Both the position numbers and the translations under genes were made by a program. Below, piece after piece: positions 32,268-41,059 of a stretch of DNA of 64,000 bases. The notes under the pieces are model-generated. The model ran no database searches and was not told where the DNA came from. It was given only the letters and a program-made list of their open reading frames with translations. Source of the stretch: an uncultured delta proteobacterium (GTDB lineage Bacteria > Desulfobacterota > Binatia > HRBIN30 > BPIQ01); assembly GCA_963761335.1 (NCBI GenBank), contig CAVXGR010000016.1, forward strand, positions 64,001 through 128,000, written 5' to 3'. Every line of letters starts with the position of its first letter. Within the stretch, counting starts at the first letter, position 1.

Positions 32268-33845
32268 ATGGCAGAAGAGCAAGCGAGCCCGGACGGGACC
32301 GCCGCGGCGGTCCCGTCCGCAGGCGGTGCGCCTGCGGAGGAAGGCCGGGCGGCGCGCGAGCTTCGCGAGCTGATGCAGTCGGGCCGCCCCTTGCTGTACA
32401 TTCGCTCCGCCGAGGAGCGCCGCATCGGCGATTTGCTGCGCCGCATATCGCAGACAGCCTTCGCGCGGCCGGTGCCGTTGTGGCGCTGGAGCCTCACCGA
32501 AGGGCTGCGGCGCGTCGACGAAGCCAACGGCGGCGACGCCCAAGCGCTCGGGGCGCGGCAGGTGCTCGACTGGATCATTGCGCACCAGGAGCCGGGAATC
32601 TTCGAGCTGCGCGATTTTCACGAGTTCATGACCGAGAGCGCCGAGATTCGCCGCCGGCTGCGCGACGTCAACGAGCGCTGCCTGGACAGCGGCAAGACCA
32701 CCGTGCTGTCGTCGCCGATCGCCGCCATTCCCGACGAGCTGACGCGCGCGATTGCGCTGATCGAGCTGAGCACGCCGGACCTGCCCGAGGTGCTGGAGTT
32801 CGTCAGCAACGAGCTCGACGCCATCGCCGCGAGCGGGAGCCCGGTGGAGAAGGGCGATCAGCTGGTGTTCGAGTACGCCCGGGCCCTCCAGGGGCTGACG
32901 CTCGACGAGGCGCGTTTCGCGCTACGGCGCGCCCTGGCGCAGGAGGGCCGGCTGGACGCCGGCGCCATGCCGCACCTGCTGCAGGAGAAGCGCATGCTGG
33001 TCAAGAAGACCGGCATGATCGAGTTCATCTCCGACAGCACCGACATCGGCGACATCGGCGGCCTGGAGTACCTCAAGCGCTGGCTGCTCGAGCGGCGCAA
33101 GCTGTTCCACATGCGGGAGAGCGTCGCCGCGGAGATCGTCCCCAAGGGCATCCTGGTCATGGGAATCTCCGGATGCGGCAAGAGCCTCAGCGTCAAGGCG
33201 ATCGCTTCCTACTTCCGCCTGCCGCTCTATCGCATCGACATGATCGAGGTCTTCTCCGGGCGGCACGGGAGCCCCGACGCGGCCTTCGTCGACGCCTGTC
33301 GCACCGTCGAGGCCCTCTCTCCCGCCGTCGTCTGGTTTGACGAGATCGAGATGGGGATCACCGCGCAGACCGGAGAGGCGAGCAATCTCGGTCGGATCTT
33401 CGCGTTCTTTCTCACCTGGATGCAGGAGAAGGCGCGCGGCCTCTTCATCGCCGCCACCGCCAACCGCATCGACCTGCTCCCCGCCGAGTTGATCCGCAAG
33501 GGGCGCTTCGACGAGGTCTTCTTCGTCGACCTGCCCTCCGACGAGGAACGCATGGAGATCTTCCGGATCCACCTGGCACGCCGAGGCATCGAAGCCGACA
33601 AGATCGAGGTCGAGCGCCTGAAACGGTTCACGCGCGGCTGGAGCGGCGCCGAGATCGAGCAGTGCGTCATCTCGGCGCTGACTTCGGCCGGGCTCGAGGA
33701 GCGCGAGCTCTCCACCTCCGACCTGGTCACCGTTGCCACCACCATCGTGCCGCTGTCGCGCACGATGAAAGAGCAGGTGGACCGCATTCGCTCCTGGGCG
33801 CATGAGCGCGCCGCTCGTGCCTCGCCCCGCGAAGTGCAGCGGTGA
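32268..33845 (+). CDS. Ycf46-type AAA+ ATPase
   Basis: IGGLEYLKRWL, Walker A GISGCGKS, Walker B VWFDEIE, FLTWMQE, ATAN, RKGRFDEVFF, PLSRTM..IRSWA..RA..AS. Confidence 0.85.
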   Translation: MAEEQASPDGTAAAVPSAGGAPAEEGRAARELRELMQSGRPLLYIRSAEERRIGDLLRRISQTAFARPVPLWRWSLTEGLRRVDEANGGDAQALGARQVLDWIIAHQEPGIFELRDFHEFMTESAEIRRRLRDVNERCLDSGKTTVLSSPIAAIPDELTRAIALIELSTPDLPEVLEFVSNELDAIAASGSPVEKGDQLVFEYARALQGLTLDEARFALRRALAQEGRLDAGAMPHLLQEKRMLVKKTGMIEFISDSTDIGDIGGLEYLKRWLLERRKLFHMRESVAAEIVPKGILVMGISGCGKSLSVKAIASYFRLPLYRIDMIEVFSGRHGSPDAAFVDACRTVEALSPAVVWFDEIEMGITAQTGEASNLGRIFAFFLTWMQEKARGLFIAATANRIDLLPAELIRKGRFDEVFFVDLPSDEERMEIFRIHLARRGIEADKIEVERLKRFTRGWSGAEIEQCVISALTSAGLEERELSTSDLVTVATTIVPLSRTMKEQVDRIRSWAHERAARASPREVQR

Positions 33846-33846
33846 A

Positions 33847-33922
33847 GCAGGTTGTTGGTTGTTGGGTTGTTAGCTGTTAGGTCAGACTCAACAACCAACA
33901 ACCCAACAACCTAACAACCTGC
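33847..33922. repeat. Inverted array of 7-8-nt GGTTGTT-type repeats forming a long hairpin between convergent genes
   Basis: GCAGGTTGTTGGTTGTTGGGTTGTTAGCTGTTAG...CAACAACCAACAACCCAACAACCTAACAACCTGC. Confidence 0.85.
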
Positions 33923-33926
33923 CTTC

Positions 33927-34325
33927 TCATCCCCACGCCGATCGCAATTCCGATTGCCCGGCCTTTTCGCCGCGCAGCTCCGCGGGGCGGTTCTGGGCGT
34001 CGACGAAGACGGCCCGCGGTGTCCAGCGCTTGGCCTCGGCCTCGCTCATCCAACCGAAGCTGGCGATGATCACCAGGTCGCCGCGGCTCGCCTTGTGCGC
34101 CGCGGCGCCGTTGATGCAGACCACCCCCGAGGCGCGTTGTCCGGCGAGGGCGTACGTGGAGAAGCGCTCGCCGTTGGTGACATTCCAGATGTCGACGTGC
34201 TCGTACGGGTCGATGCCGGCGAGGTCGAGCAGGTCCTGGTCGATGGTGACGCTCCCCTCGTAGTCCAGATCGGCTCCGGTGACCGTGGCTCGGTGAATTT
34301 TGCCGCGCAGCATGTGTCGAAACAT
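33927..34325 (-). CDS. panD: Aspartate 1-decarboxylase
   Basis: [18 protein letters not shown] (G-S autocleavage site), [15 protein letters not shown]. Confidence 0.96.
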   Translation of the reverse strand: MFRHMLRGKIHRATVTGADLDYEGSVTIDQDLLDLAGIDPYEHVDIWNVTNGERFSTYALAGQRASGVVCINGAAAHKASRGDLVIIASFGWMSEAEAKRWTPRAVFVDAQNRPAELRGEKAGQSELRSAWG

Positions 34326-34326
34326 C

Positions 34327-35241
34327 TCAGCTCTCTCCTTCGTGCTCGTCGGTGATCCCGCCGCCGGTGGGCGCAAGCGCCGGCCGCCGGCCCGGCGCAC
34401 CCTCGAGAATGCAGTTGTCGATCAGCCGCGTGCCGCCGATCCGTGCGGCAACGGCGAGCAGCGTCGGGCCGTCGATGCGCTCGACCTCGCGCAGCGTCTC
34501 CGGCTCGCTCAGCACCAGGTACTCGGTGCGCAGCTTGCTCTCCTCGTTGAGAACGCGGCGGCCTTCGGCGAGCAATCGCAGCCCATCCTGTTCGCCGCGC
34601 GCGACCAGCTGTCGCACCGCCTCCAGGGCGCGGGGAATTGCCAGCGCCGCGCGCCGCTCGCTCGGTCCCAGATAGGCGTTGCGCGAGCTCAGCGCCAGGC
34701 CGTCGGCCTCGCGCGCGGTGGGAACGCCGACCACCTCGATGGCGAAGTCGAGATCGCGCACCATGCGGCGGATGGTGGTCAGCTGTTGGAAGTCCTTTTC
34801 GCCGAACACCGCGACGTCGGGCTCGGTGATGTGGAAGAGCTTGGAGACCACCGTGGCGACGCCGCGGAAGTGCCCCGGGCGCCCCGCGCCGCAGAGCCCC
34901 TGCGTCAGCTGCTCGACCTCGGTGTGGGTCTGGAACCCCGGCGGATACATCTGTGCGGCGTCGGGGACGAACAGCGCATCCGTGCCGGCCTCGGCGGTGA
35001 GACGGCGGTCGCGTTCCAGGTCGCGTGGGTAGGCGTCGAGATCTTCCCCCGGACCGAATTGCGTCGGGTTGACGAAGATCGAGACGATGCAGGCGTCGGT
35101 GCGACGGCGCGCCTCGGCGATCAGGCGCAGGTGGCCGGCGTGCAGGTACCCCATGGTGGGCACCAGGGCGATCCGCTGTTCGCTCCGGCGGCGCCGTCGC
35201 GACCAGTGGCGCATCTCCTCGATGTCGCGGATCAGCTCCAT
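34327..35241 (-). CDS. panC: Pantoate--beta-alanine ligase
   Basis: [48 protein letters not shown]. Confidence 0.97.
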   Translation of the reverse strand: MELIRDIEEMRHWSRRRRRSEQRIALVPTMGYLHAGHLRLIAEARRRTDACIVSIFVNPTQFGPGEDLDAYPRDLERDRRLTAEAGTDALFVPDAAQMYPPGFQTHTEVEQLTQGLCGAGRPGHFRGVATVVSKLFHITEPDVAVFGEKDFQQLTTIRRMVRDLDFAIEVVGVPTAREADGLALSSRNAYLGPSERRAALAIPRALEAVRQLVARGEQDGLRLLAEGRRVLNEESKLRTEYLVLSEPETLREVERIDGPTLLAVAARIGGTRLIDNCILEGAPGRRPALAPTGGGITDEHEGES

Positions 35242-35263
35242 GGTAAAGGACGAGGCGAGCGCG

Positions 35264-36127
35264 CTACTTCCAGCCCCCCGCGGCCTTGCTCTCCTCGGTG
35301 GGGACGCTGACCAGGGAGTGGAACGAATGCGCCTCGTCGGGGAAGGCGCCGCGGCGGACGTCGGCGGTGTAGGCGGCGATAGCGGCCGCCGCCTGCTGGC
35401 GCAGATCGGCGTAGCAGCGGGCGAACTTCGGCCGCGGCCCCTCGCCGAGCCCGAGGACGTCGTGGAGCACCAGAATCTGCCCGTCGCAGTGCGGGCCCGC
35501 GCCGATGCCGATCGTGGGAATGGGCAGCCGCGCGGTGATCTCCGCGGCCAGATCCGCGGGGATGCCCTCGAGGACGACCGCGAAAGCGCCGGCGTCGGCC
35601 ACCGCCTGCGCGTCCTGGATGACGCGCTCGCGCTCGCCGGCGGCGTCGCCGTGCTTGCGCCCCTGCACTCGATGACCGCCCATGCGGTGCACGGACTGCG
35701 GCGTCAGGCCGACGTGGCCGATCACCGGGATGTCGACGCGAGCGATGGCGTGGATGGTCTCCGCCATGTGGATGCCGCCTTCCAGCTTGACGGCATCCAC
35801 CGCCCCCTCCTTCAGGAGGCGCCCCGAGTTGCGCACCGCCTCGACCACGTCGACCTGGTAGCTGAGGAAGGGCAGGTCGCCGACCAGCAGTGCCCGGCGC
35901 CGCGCCCGCGCCACCATGCGGCAGTGATAGATCATCTCCTCGAGGGTCACGGGGAGGGTGGTGTCCATCCCCTGGACCACCATGCCGAGCGAGTCCCCGA
36001 TCAGGATCAGATCGACGCCGGCTTCATCGACCAGGCGGGCGAAGGGGAAATCGTAGGCGGTCAGCGCGACGATCGGCTCGCCGCCTTTGCGCCGCAGAAT
36101 TTCCGGTGCTGTGACTTTGCGCTGCAT
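35264..36127 (-). CDS. panB: 3-methyl-2-oxobutanoate hydroxymethyltransferase
   Basis: TAYD, IGDSLG, DLPFLSY, KLEGG, HVGLTPQ, IGIGAG..CDGQILV. Confidence 0.97.
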   Translation of the reverse strand: MQRKVTAPEILRRKGGEPIVALTAYDFPFARLVDEAGVDLILIGDSLGMVVQGMDTTLPVTLEEMIYHCRMVARARRRALLVGDLPFLSYQVDVVEAVRNSGRLLKEGAVDAVKLEGGIHMAETIHAIARVDIPVIGHVGLTPQSVHRMGGHRVQGRKHGDAAGERERVIQDAQAVADAGAFAVVLEGIPADLAAEITARLPIPTIGIGAGPHCDGQILVLHDVLGLGEGPRPKFARCYADLRQQAAAAIAAYTADVRRGAFPDEAHSFHSLVSVPTEESKAAGGWK

Positions 36128-36271
36128 CTCGGTCCCTCCTCGGGCGAGCCGGGGAGGGAGAGCCTTGCATGCGCAAAGCCGTGTCGAGCGCCGAAGACCG
36201 CCCGGGTGTTGGGAGTCGACCTGGTGTTGGCCGCTCGACCCTTGCGGGCTCCTTCTCGACCTCCGCTGTCC

Positions 36272-36325
36272 CCGTCTCGGTCCTGCTGGCCCCGGTTCGT
36301 GCCGAGGCTATCTGGATCCAAGCGG
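36272..36325 (-). ncRNA. pan RNA motif (cis-regulatory hairpin upstream of panB)
   Basis: mRNA CCGCUUGGAUCC...GGACCGAGACGG forms a stem with one bulged A on each strand, matching my recollection of the pan motif; location 5' of panBCD agrees. Confidence 0.7.
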
Positions 36326-36961
36326 TATGTAGTGTTGCACGCCGTGACCCATCTCCCGGATCTTGCGGATCAAGTCGGCCATCTCGTCCGAGTGGGCGAC
36401 GAAGTCGATCTCGGAGCAGTTGACCACCAGGAGGGGGGTCTCGTCGTATTCGAAAAAGTACTCTCTATACGCCTCCGCGACTCTCTGCACGTACTCTGGA
36501 GCAATGCGGCGCTCGTATTCCCGGTCGCGCTTGCGGAGCCGTGCGAGTAAAACATCGTCGCGAGCTTGCAGATACACCACCAGATCGGGTTTCGCAAGCC
36601 TGGCGTCGAGGAGGTGGTAGAGCTGGCGATAGAGGGCCAGCTCGTCGGTGTCGAGGTTGAGCTGCGCGAACACCTGGTCCTTGCCGAAGAGATAATCGGA
36701 GACGGTTCCCGGAGCGAACAGATCCTGCTGCGCCAGCTCCCGCTGCTGCCGGAAGCGGCTCAGGAGGAAGAAGAGCTGCGCCTGAAAGGCGTGCTTGCGG
36801 GGGTCCTCGTAGAACTTGCGCAAGAACGGGTTGTCCTCGACCTGCTCGAGCACCAGGCGGGCGCCGAACTCCTCGGCCAGCAGGCGAGCCAGCGATGTCT
36901 TACCTACACCGATCGGTCCCTCGACGACGATGTAGCGTGCCCGCTTCGCCCCCGCTTCCAT
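36308..36961 (-). CDS. Deoxynucleoside kinase
   Basis: IVVEGPIGVGKTSL, NPFL..FY, QLFFLLSR, PDLVVYLQA; usual neighbour of panB. Confidence 0.92.
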   Translation of the reverse strand: MEAGAKRARYIVVEGPIGVGKTSLARLLAEEFGARLVLEQVEDNPFLRKFYEDPRKHAFQAQLFFLLSRFRQQRELAQQDLFAPGTVSDYLFGKDQVFAQLNLDTDELALYRQLYHLLDARLAKPDLVVYLQARDDVLLARLRKRDREYERRIAPEYVQRVAEAYREYFFEYDETPLLVVNCSEIDFVAHSDEMADLIRKIREMGHGVQHYIPLGSR

Positions 36962-37042
36962 CCGGAGCCGCTGTTAACACACGGGCGCTCCGCAAGTCCA
37001 TGGGCGCGGGAAGGGCGACCGGCGTCTCGCCGCCGGCGGCGA

Positions 37043-38626
37043 TCATTCACGCAGCAGGGAGCGAAAGACGGCCGTCGTCGCCTCGGCGCTGCCGACCTGC
37101 AGCTCGGCGGCGCAGAAGCGATCCGGGCGGATGACCGCGATGCGGTCGGTGCGGGCTCCGAACCAGGCGGCGAGAGCACCGCTCACATCCTCGACGGCGT
37201 CGCCGCTCGCCTGGACGCCGGCGGGATTGATGCAGACGATGTGGGCGCCGAGCTCCTGCCAGAGGTTCCGCGCCGCCTCGTTCAGCAGCTTCTCCGGGTC
37301 CCGGTCGTAGCCCAACAGGGCAAAGCCCGGTCCGAGAGCTTCGTCCAGGCGTACAGTCGCGCCGGCGGCGGTGCGCACCAGCGGTTGCGCCAGAAACTGA
37401 CCGGCCAGCGGCGGCCCGGAGCCGTCCGCTGCGGGCACGAACAGGCCCGCTTCCAGGCGCGGGACGCGGATGCCGCTCATCAGCGAGCGCTCGAAGGCGC
37501 GGCGGGTGAGTGGTGTCAAATGGACGGCGGCGAAGAAGAGGTCGCGCATGAGCGCGCGCCACCGGCTGGCGGGCTGGATGAAGCCTGCCAGGCGATTGGC
37601 GAGCCGGGTCGCGGCGATCACGTGGTCGCGTCGCTCGACCTCGTAGCTGTCGAGAATTCTCGGGCTCGCCCGGCCCTGGACCACGAGAGCCAGCTTCCAG
37701 GCGAGATTGCGCGCGTCGCGAATTCCGCCGTTCATCCCCTGACCGGCGAAGGGCGGCATCATATGCGCAGCGTCTCCGGCGAGCAGCACGCGGGCAACGC
37801 GGTAGCGCTCGGCGACCAGGGAGTGGAAGGTATAGACGCACTTGCGCTGGATGCGCACCTGTTCGGGGCGGGTGTAGGGCGCGATCAGCGAGCGGATGAG
37901 GGCGTCGTCGAGCAGCTGCTCGTCGGTCTCTCCCGGGAGCAGCATCCATTCCCAGCGGCGCATCTGGTGCTTCTTGCGCAGGGTCATTCCCGGCCGCGCG
38001 GGATCGCAAAAGAAGCGGCACTCGAGGGTATCGGCCAGGTCGGGATCGAAGGTGTCGATCACCAGCCATTTCTGCGGTGCCGTCTGTCCGAGCATGGAGA
38101 TGCCGACGGCCTGGCGAACGCTGGAACGGCCTCCGTCGCAGCCGACGAGGTAATCGGCGCGGAGCTGAAACCGCTCACCCGCTGCGGCTCGGCCGTGGAG
38201 GACGACGCCGTCTGCCGTCTGCGTGAAGCCCTCGACCATGTGGCCGAAGCGCATCTCGATGTGGGCAAAGCGCCGCAGGCCGGCGAGCAGCTGTCGCTCC
38301 AGGATCGGTTGGTCGAAGGAGTTCTGCTGCGCATGCCCGTAGGGGGTCTCGGCGAGATCGACACCGAAGAGCGTGCGGCCGGCGCCGTTCACGTAATCGA
38401 CGTGGAAGCCGAGCAGGATGTCTTCGGCGATGGCGTCGTAGAGCCCGGCGGCTTGCATGGTGCGCAGGGACTCGGCGTCGATGGCGATGGCGCGCGGCTC
38501 TTCGACCGTGCCGGGATTGCGCTCGAGCACGACGGCCGATACGCCGTAGACGCCGAGCAGGTTGGCGAGAGTCATGCCGACCGGTCCGCCACCGACGATG
38601 GCGATCGGTGTGTGCGCCACGCTCAT
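37043..38626 (-). CDS. FAD-dependent aromatic monooxygenase, MhpA-like
   Basis: GGGPVG, LVGCDGGRS, LAGDAAHMMPPFAGQGMNGGIRDARNLAWKL, C-terminal IRPD. Confidence 0.88.
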   Translation of the reverse strand: MSVAHTPIAIVGGGPVGMTLANLLGVYGVSAVVLERNPGTVEEPRAIAIDAESLRTMQAAGLYDAIAEDILLGFHVDYVNGAGRTLFGVDLAETPYGHAQQNSFDQPILERQLLAGLRRFAHIEMRFGHMVEGFTQTADGVVLHGRAAAGERFQLRADYLVGCDGGRSSVRQAVGISMLGQTAPQKWLVIDTFDPDLADTLECRFFCDPARPGMTLRKKHQMRRWEWMLLPGETDEQLLDDALIRSLIAPYTRPEQVRIQRKCVYTFHSLVAERYRVARVLLAGDAAHMMPPFAGQGMNGGIRDARNLAWKLALVVQGRASPRILDSYEVERRDHVIAATRLANRLAGFIQPASRWRALMRDLFFAAVHLTPLTRRAFERSLMSGIRVPRLEAGLFVPAADGSGPPLAGQFLAQPLVRTAAGATVRLDEALGPGFALLGYDRDPEKLLNEAARNLWQELGAHIVCINPAGVQASGDAVEDVSGALAAWFGARTDRIAVIRPDRFCAAELQVGSAEATTAVFRSLLRE

Positions 38627-38644
38627 GGTCGGGAACCGCCGCAA

Positions 38645-39769
38645 TCAGTCGCGCGGCGGCCTTTTGCCGGGCGCCAGCCATGGCCGCGCCGGCCGCTCGG
38701 CGGCGCGCTTGAGGAGCCGCAGGCGGGTCGCCGAGAGATCGCCCCTGGCGAGGCGCCAGGCAACCGAGAGCAGCGTCCGCGGCGTTGGGCGGGGAGAGAA
38801 ATCGGCGGGCAGATCATCCCCCCACATCCACAGAGTGGCCGGATCGAAGGGGTGATAGGCCGTCGGATGGGCGGCGTCGAAGACGTCGCCGTCGGCGAAA
38901 TGCTCGACCTCGTCGCCGTATGGATCGCGCCAGTAGTCGAAGATCTGGCTGCCGAGGATGTGCCGGCCGATGCCCCAGAGATGCACCCAGCCGCGCTCCT
39001 TGAGGACCTGCTGGCCGATGCCGACGTCGTCGAGATCGATCACTTCGTAGGCGCTGTGCCGATAGGCGGCGGCGATCCCGCCGAAGACGACCACCGTGTG
39101 GTGGTCTGCCGGCCGGCGGCCGCGGTCGCAGCGAAGGAAGGCCAGGTTCGGCGTGCCGTCCTCGAGACATTGAACGTCGCTCGGGATCAACCCGAGATGG
39201 CGCATGTACCAGCGGGCAGTGTCCTCGAAGCGAGGTGTTTCCAGAACCAGATGTCCCAGGCGCACCACGTGGGCCGGCCGCAGCTCGGGGCGCACCGGCA
39301 GGTTCACCCTGTTCTTGCTGTCCGGGGTGTTCTGCGGCGGCGCCTGGTGGCGGCGGGGAAGGGCAGAGAGCTCCTCGACGCCGTGGACGACGTCGACGCG
39401 GAAGCCGTTCGGGTCGGTCAGGGTCACTCCCTCGCCGCCCCCGGGCGCATCCAACGGCCGCACGGGCGAGGCGCCGGGCGCGGCGGAGATGGTCTCCAGA
39501 TCGGCGCGCGAGGCGGCGCGGAAGGCGGCCCCGAGGAAACGAGACGCGGGTCCGCGACGGGCGACGTAGAGGTGATGGGCTGGACCGCTGCCGCGCATGT
39601 AGAGGGTATCGCCGTCGCGGGCGGCGACGGTCATGCCGAAGTCGACGAGGAAGCGCTCCATCAGCTCGAGATCGGGCTTCTCGAACGCCACCCAGGCGAT
39701 GTCGTCGACGCGGATGAGGGGCTCGGGCCGCTCGAGGGGGATGGCGCCGGGGGCGACCTGTGCCGTCAC
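38645..39769 (-). CDS. VOC-family extradiol-type ring-cleavage dioxygenase
   Basis: Two VOC halves; RLGHLVL, DHHT, HSAYEV, WGIGRHILGSQIFDYWRDP..EHFADGD. GTG start overlaps the upstream stop. Confidence 0.85.
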   Translation of the reverse strand: MTAQVAPGAIPLERPEPLIRVDDIAWVAFEKPDLELMERFLVDFGMTVAARDGDTLYMRGSGPAHHLYVARRGPASRFLGAAFRAASRADLETISAAPGASPVRPLDAPGGGEGVTLTDPNGFRVDVVHGVEELSALPRRHQAPPQNTPDSKNRVNLPVRPELRPAHVVRLGHLVLETPRFEDTARWYMRHLGLIPSDVQCLEDGTPNLAFLRCDRGRRPADHHTVVVFGGIAAAYRHSAYEVIDLDDVGIGQQVLKERGWVHLWGIGRHILGSQIFDYWRDPYGDEVEHFADGDVFDAAHPTAYHPFDPATLWMWGDDLPADFSPRPTPRTLLSVAWRLARGDLSATRLRLLKRAAERPARPWLAPGKRPPRD

Positions 39770-40740
39770 CGCTTCCTCCTCCGCCGCGGTGCGTTCGAGC
39801 TCGGAGCGCGTCTCGCCTCGAGCCGGGCGATGAGGCTCGAAGTGTCCCAGCGACCGCCGCCCATGGCCTGCACCTCGGCGTAGAGCTGGTCGACCAGGGC
39901 GGCAACCGGCAGGCGGGCACGATTGCGCCGGGCTTCCTCGAGGGCGATCGCCAAATCCTTGCGCATCCAGTCGACGGCAAAGCCGTGATCGAACGCACCG
40001 GCCAGCATGGTGACGGAGCGATTGTCCATCTGCCACGACTGTGCCGCTCCCTTGGAGATCACCTCGACCACGGCGGTGACATCGAGCCCGGCGGCGCGCC
40101 CGAAGTGGAGGCCCTCGGCGAGGCCCTCGATCAGGCCGGCGATGCAGATCTGGTTGACCATCTTGGCGAGCTGTCCGCTGCCGCTCGGCCCCAGCAGCCG
40201 GACAGTGCGGGCGTAACGCGAGATGAAGGGCCGCGCTGCATCGAAGCTCTGCGTCTCGCCGCCAACCATGACGGTCAGCGCGCCGTTGATGGCGCCGGCC
40301 TGGCCGCCGGAGACGGGCGCATCGAGAAAGGCGATGCCCCGCCCGGCCGCCTCGCGGCTCAGCTCGCGGGCCAGGTGCGCCGAGGCGGTGGTGTGGTCGA
40401 CCAGGACGGCGCCGCTTGCCATGGTCGCGAACGCCCCGGCGGGGCCCGCGGTCACCTGGCGGACGTCGTCGTCGTTGCCGACGCAGCAGAACACCAGACG
40501 GCAGTCGCGCGCTGCGGCTGCGGCGCTGGCGGCGGTCGTGCCACCGAACTGGCGCGCCCAGCGCTCCGCCTTGGCGGCGGTGCGGTTGTAGACGCACACC
40601 TGGTAACCGGCGCGGGCGAGATGCCCCGCCATGGGATATCCCATGGTTCCCAGGCCGATGAAGGCGAGCCGTGGCGTCGCCGAACGGCTCCTCGGAGCCC
40701 GGCGCTTGGCGGGGCCCTGCTTGTGTGCGGCGGCAATCAT
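39766..40740 (-). CDS. NAD(P)-dependent beta-hydroxyacid dehydrogenase (3-hydroxyisobutyrate DH family)
   Basis: FIGLGTMGYPMA, DAPVSGGQAGA, GQLAKMVNQ, WMRKDL. Confidence 0.9.
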   Translation of the reverse strand: MIAAAHKQGPAKRRAPRSRSATPRLAFIGLGTMGYPMAGHLARAGYQVCVYNRTAAKAERWARQFGGTTAASAAAAARDCRLVFCCVGNDDDVRQVTAGPAGAFATMASGAVLVDHTTASAHLARELSREAAGRGIAFLDAPVSGGQAGAINGALTVMVGGETQSFDAARPFISRYARTVRLLGPSGSGQLAKMVNQICIAGLIEGLAEGLHFGRAAGLDVTAVVEVISKGAAQSWQMDNRSVTMLAGAFDHGFAVDWMRKDLAIALEEARRNRARLPVAALVDQLYAEVQAMGGGRWDTSSLIARLEARRAPSSNAPRRRRKR

Positions 40741-40754
40741 CGGAGCGAGGCAAG

Positions 40755-40782
40755 AAGTTATTCAAATGACCAATTATGTCAA
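40755..40782 (-). promoter_or_regulatory. Promoter with overlapping palindromic operator for the catabolic operon
   Basis: Minus strand TTGACA (40782-77), 16 nt, TAACTT (40760-55); palindrome TGAC-N7-GTCA at 40767-40781 in an AT-rich patch. Confidence 0.55.
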
Positions 40783-41059
40783 GCTAATTTATTCAGGTGC
40801 CTTAAGACGGCGGTCAGTGCCGTGTACTCGGCCCGAGCGAGCGACGAGCGGTACTCGACCCAGTGGCGCGGAGCCGTGCCTCGCCGATCGCCGTTCTCGC
40901 GATCGAATCAGTCGCGCTTCAATCAGCCATTAGGACTTTTCCTCGGCTTGGCGGTTGCGCTCCTGACGCGATGCGTTAACGTAACCCCGTCCGCAACTGC
41001 GGGCAGAACTCCGGGAGCGACGGCCCGAAGCCGGGCGCTCCTCGATTCCATCGAACCCG

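Noticed and set aside
32268..33845. Prophage or defence island suggested by the AAA ATPase and the SLT
   Set aside because: No integrase, structural, nuclease or toxin genes, no evident compositional shift, and housekeeping neighbours.
33847..33922. Possible CRISPR array
   Set aside because: Units are 7-8 nt with no spacers, and there are no cas genes. I saw no repeat-spacer array anywhere in the window.
36566..39883. Very long ORFs opposite real genes (1105 aa here; also 3070-5571, 12862-15276, 18240-20993, 49121-51187, 55592-57688)
   Set aside because: They are antisense shadows of recognisable genes, expected with high-GC codon bias, and carry no family motifs.
40980..41059. c-di-GMP-type riboswitch upstream of the SLT gene
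   Set aside because: A GGAGCG...CGCTCC hairpin exists, but the GGCAAA and GCAAAG tetraloop/receptor elements do not.
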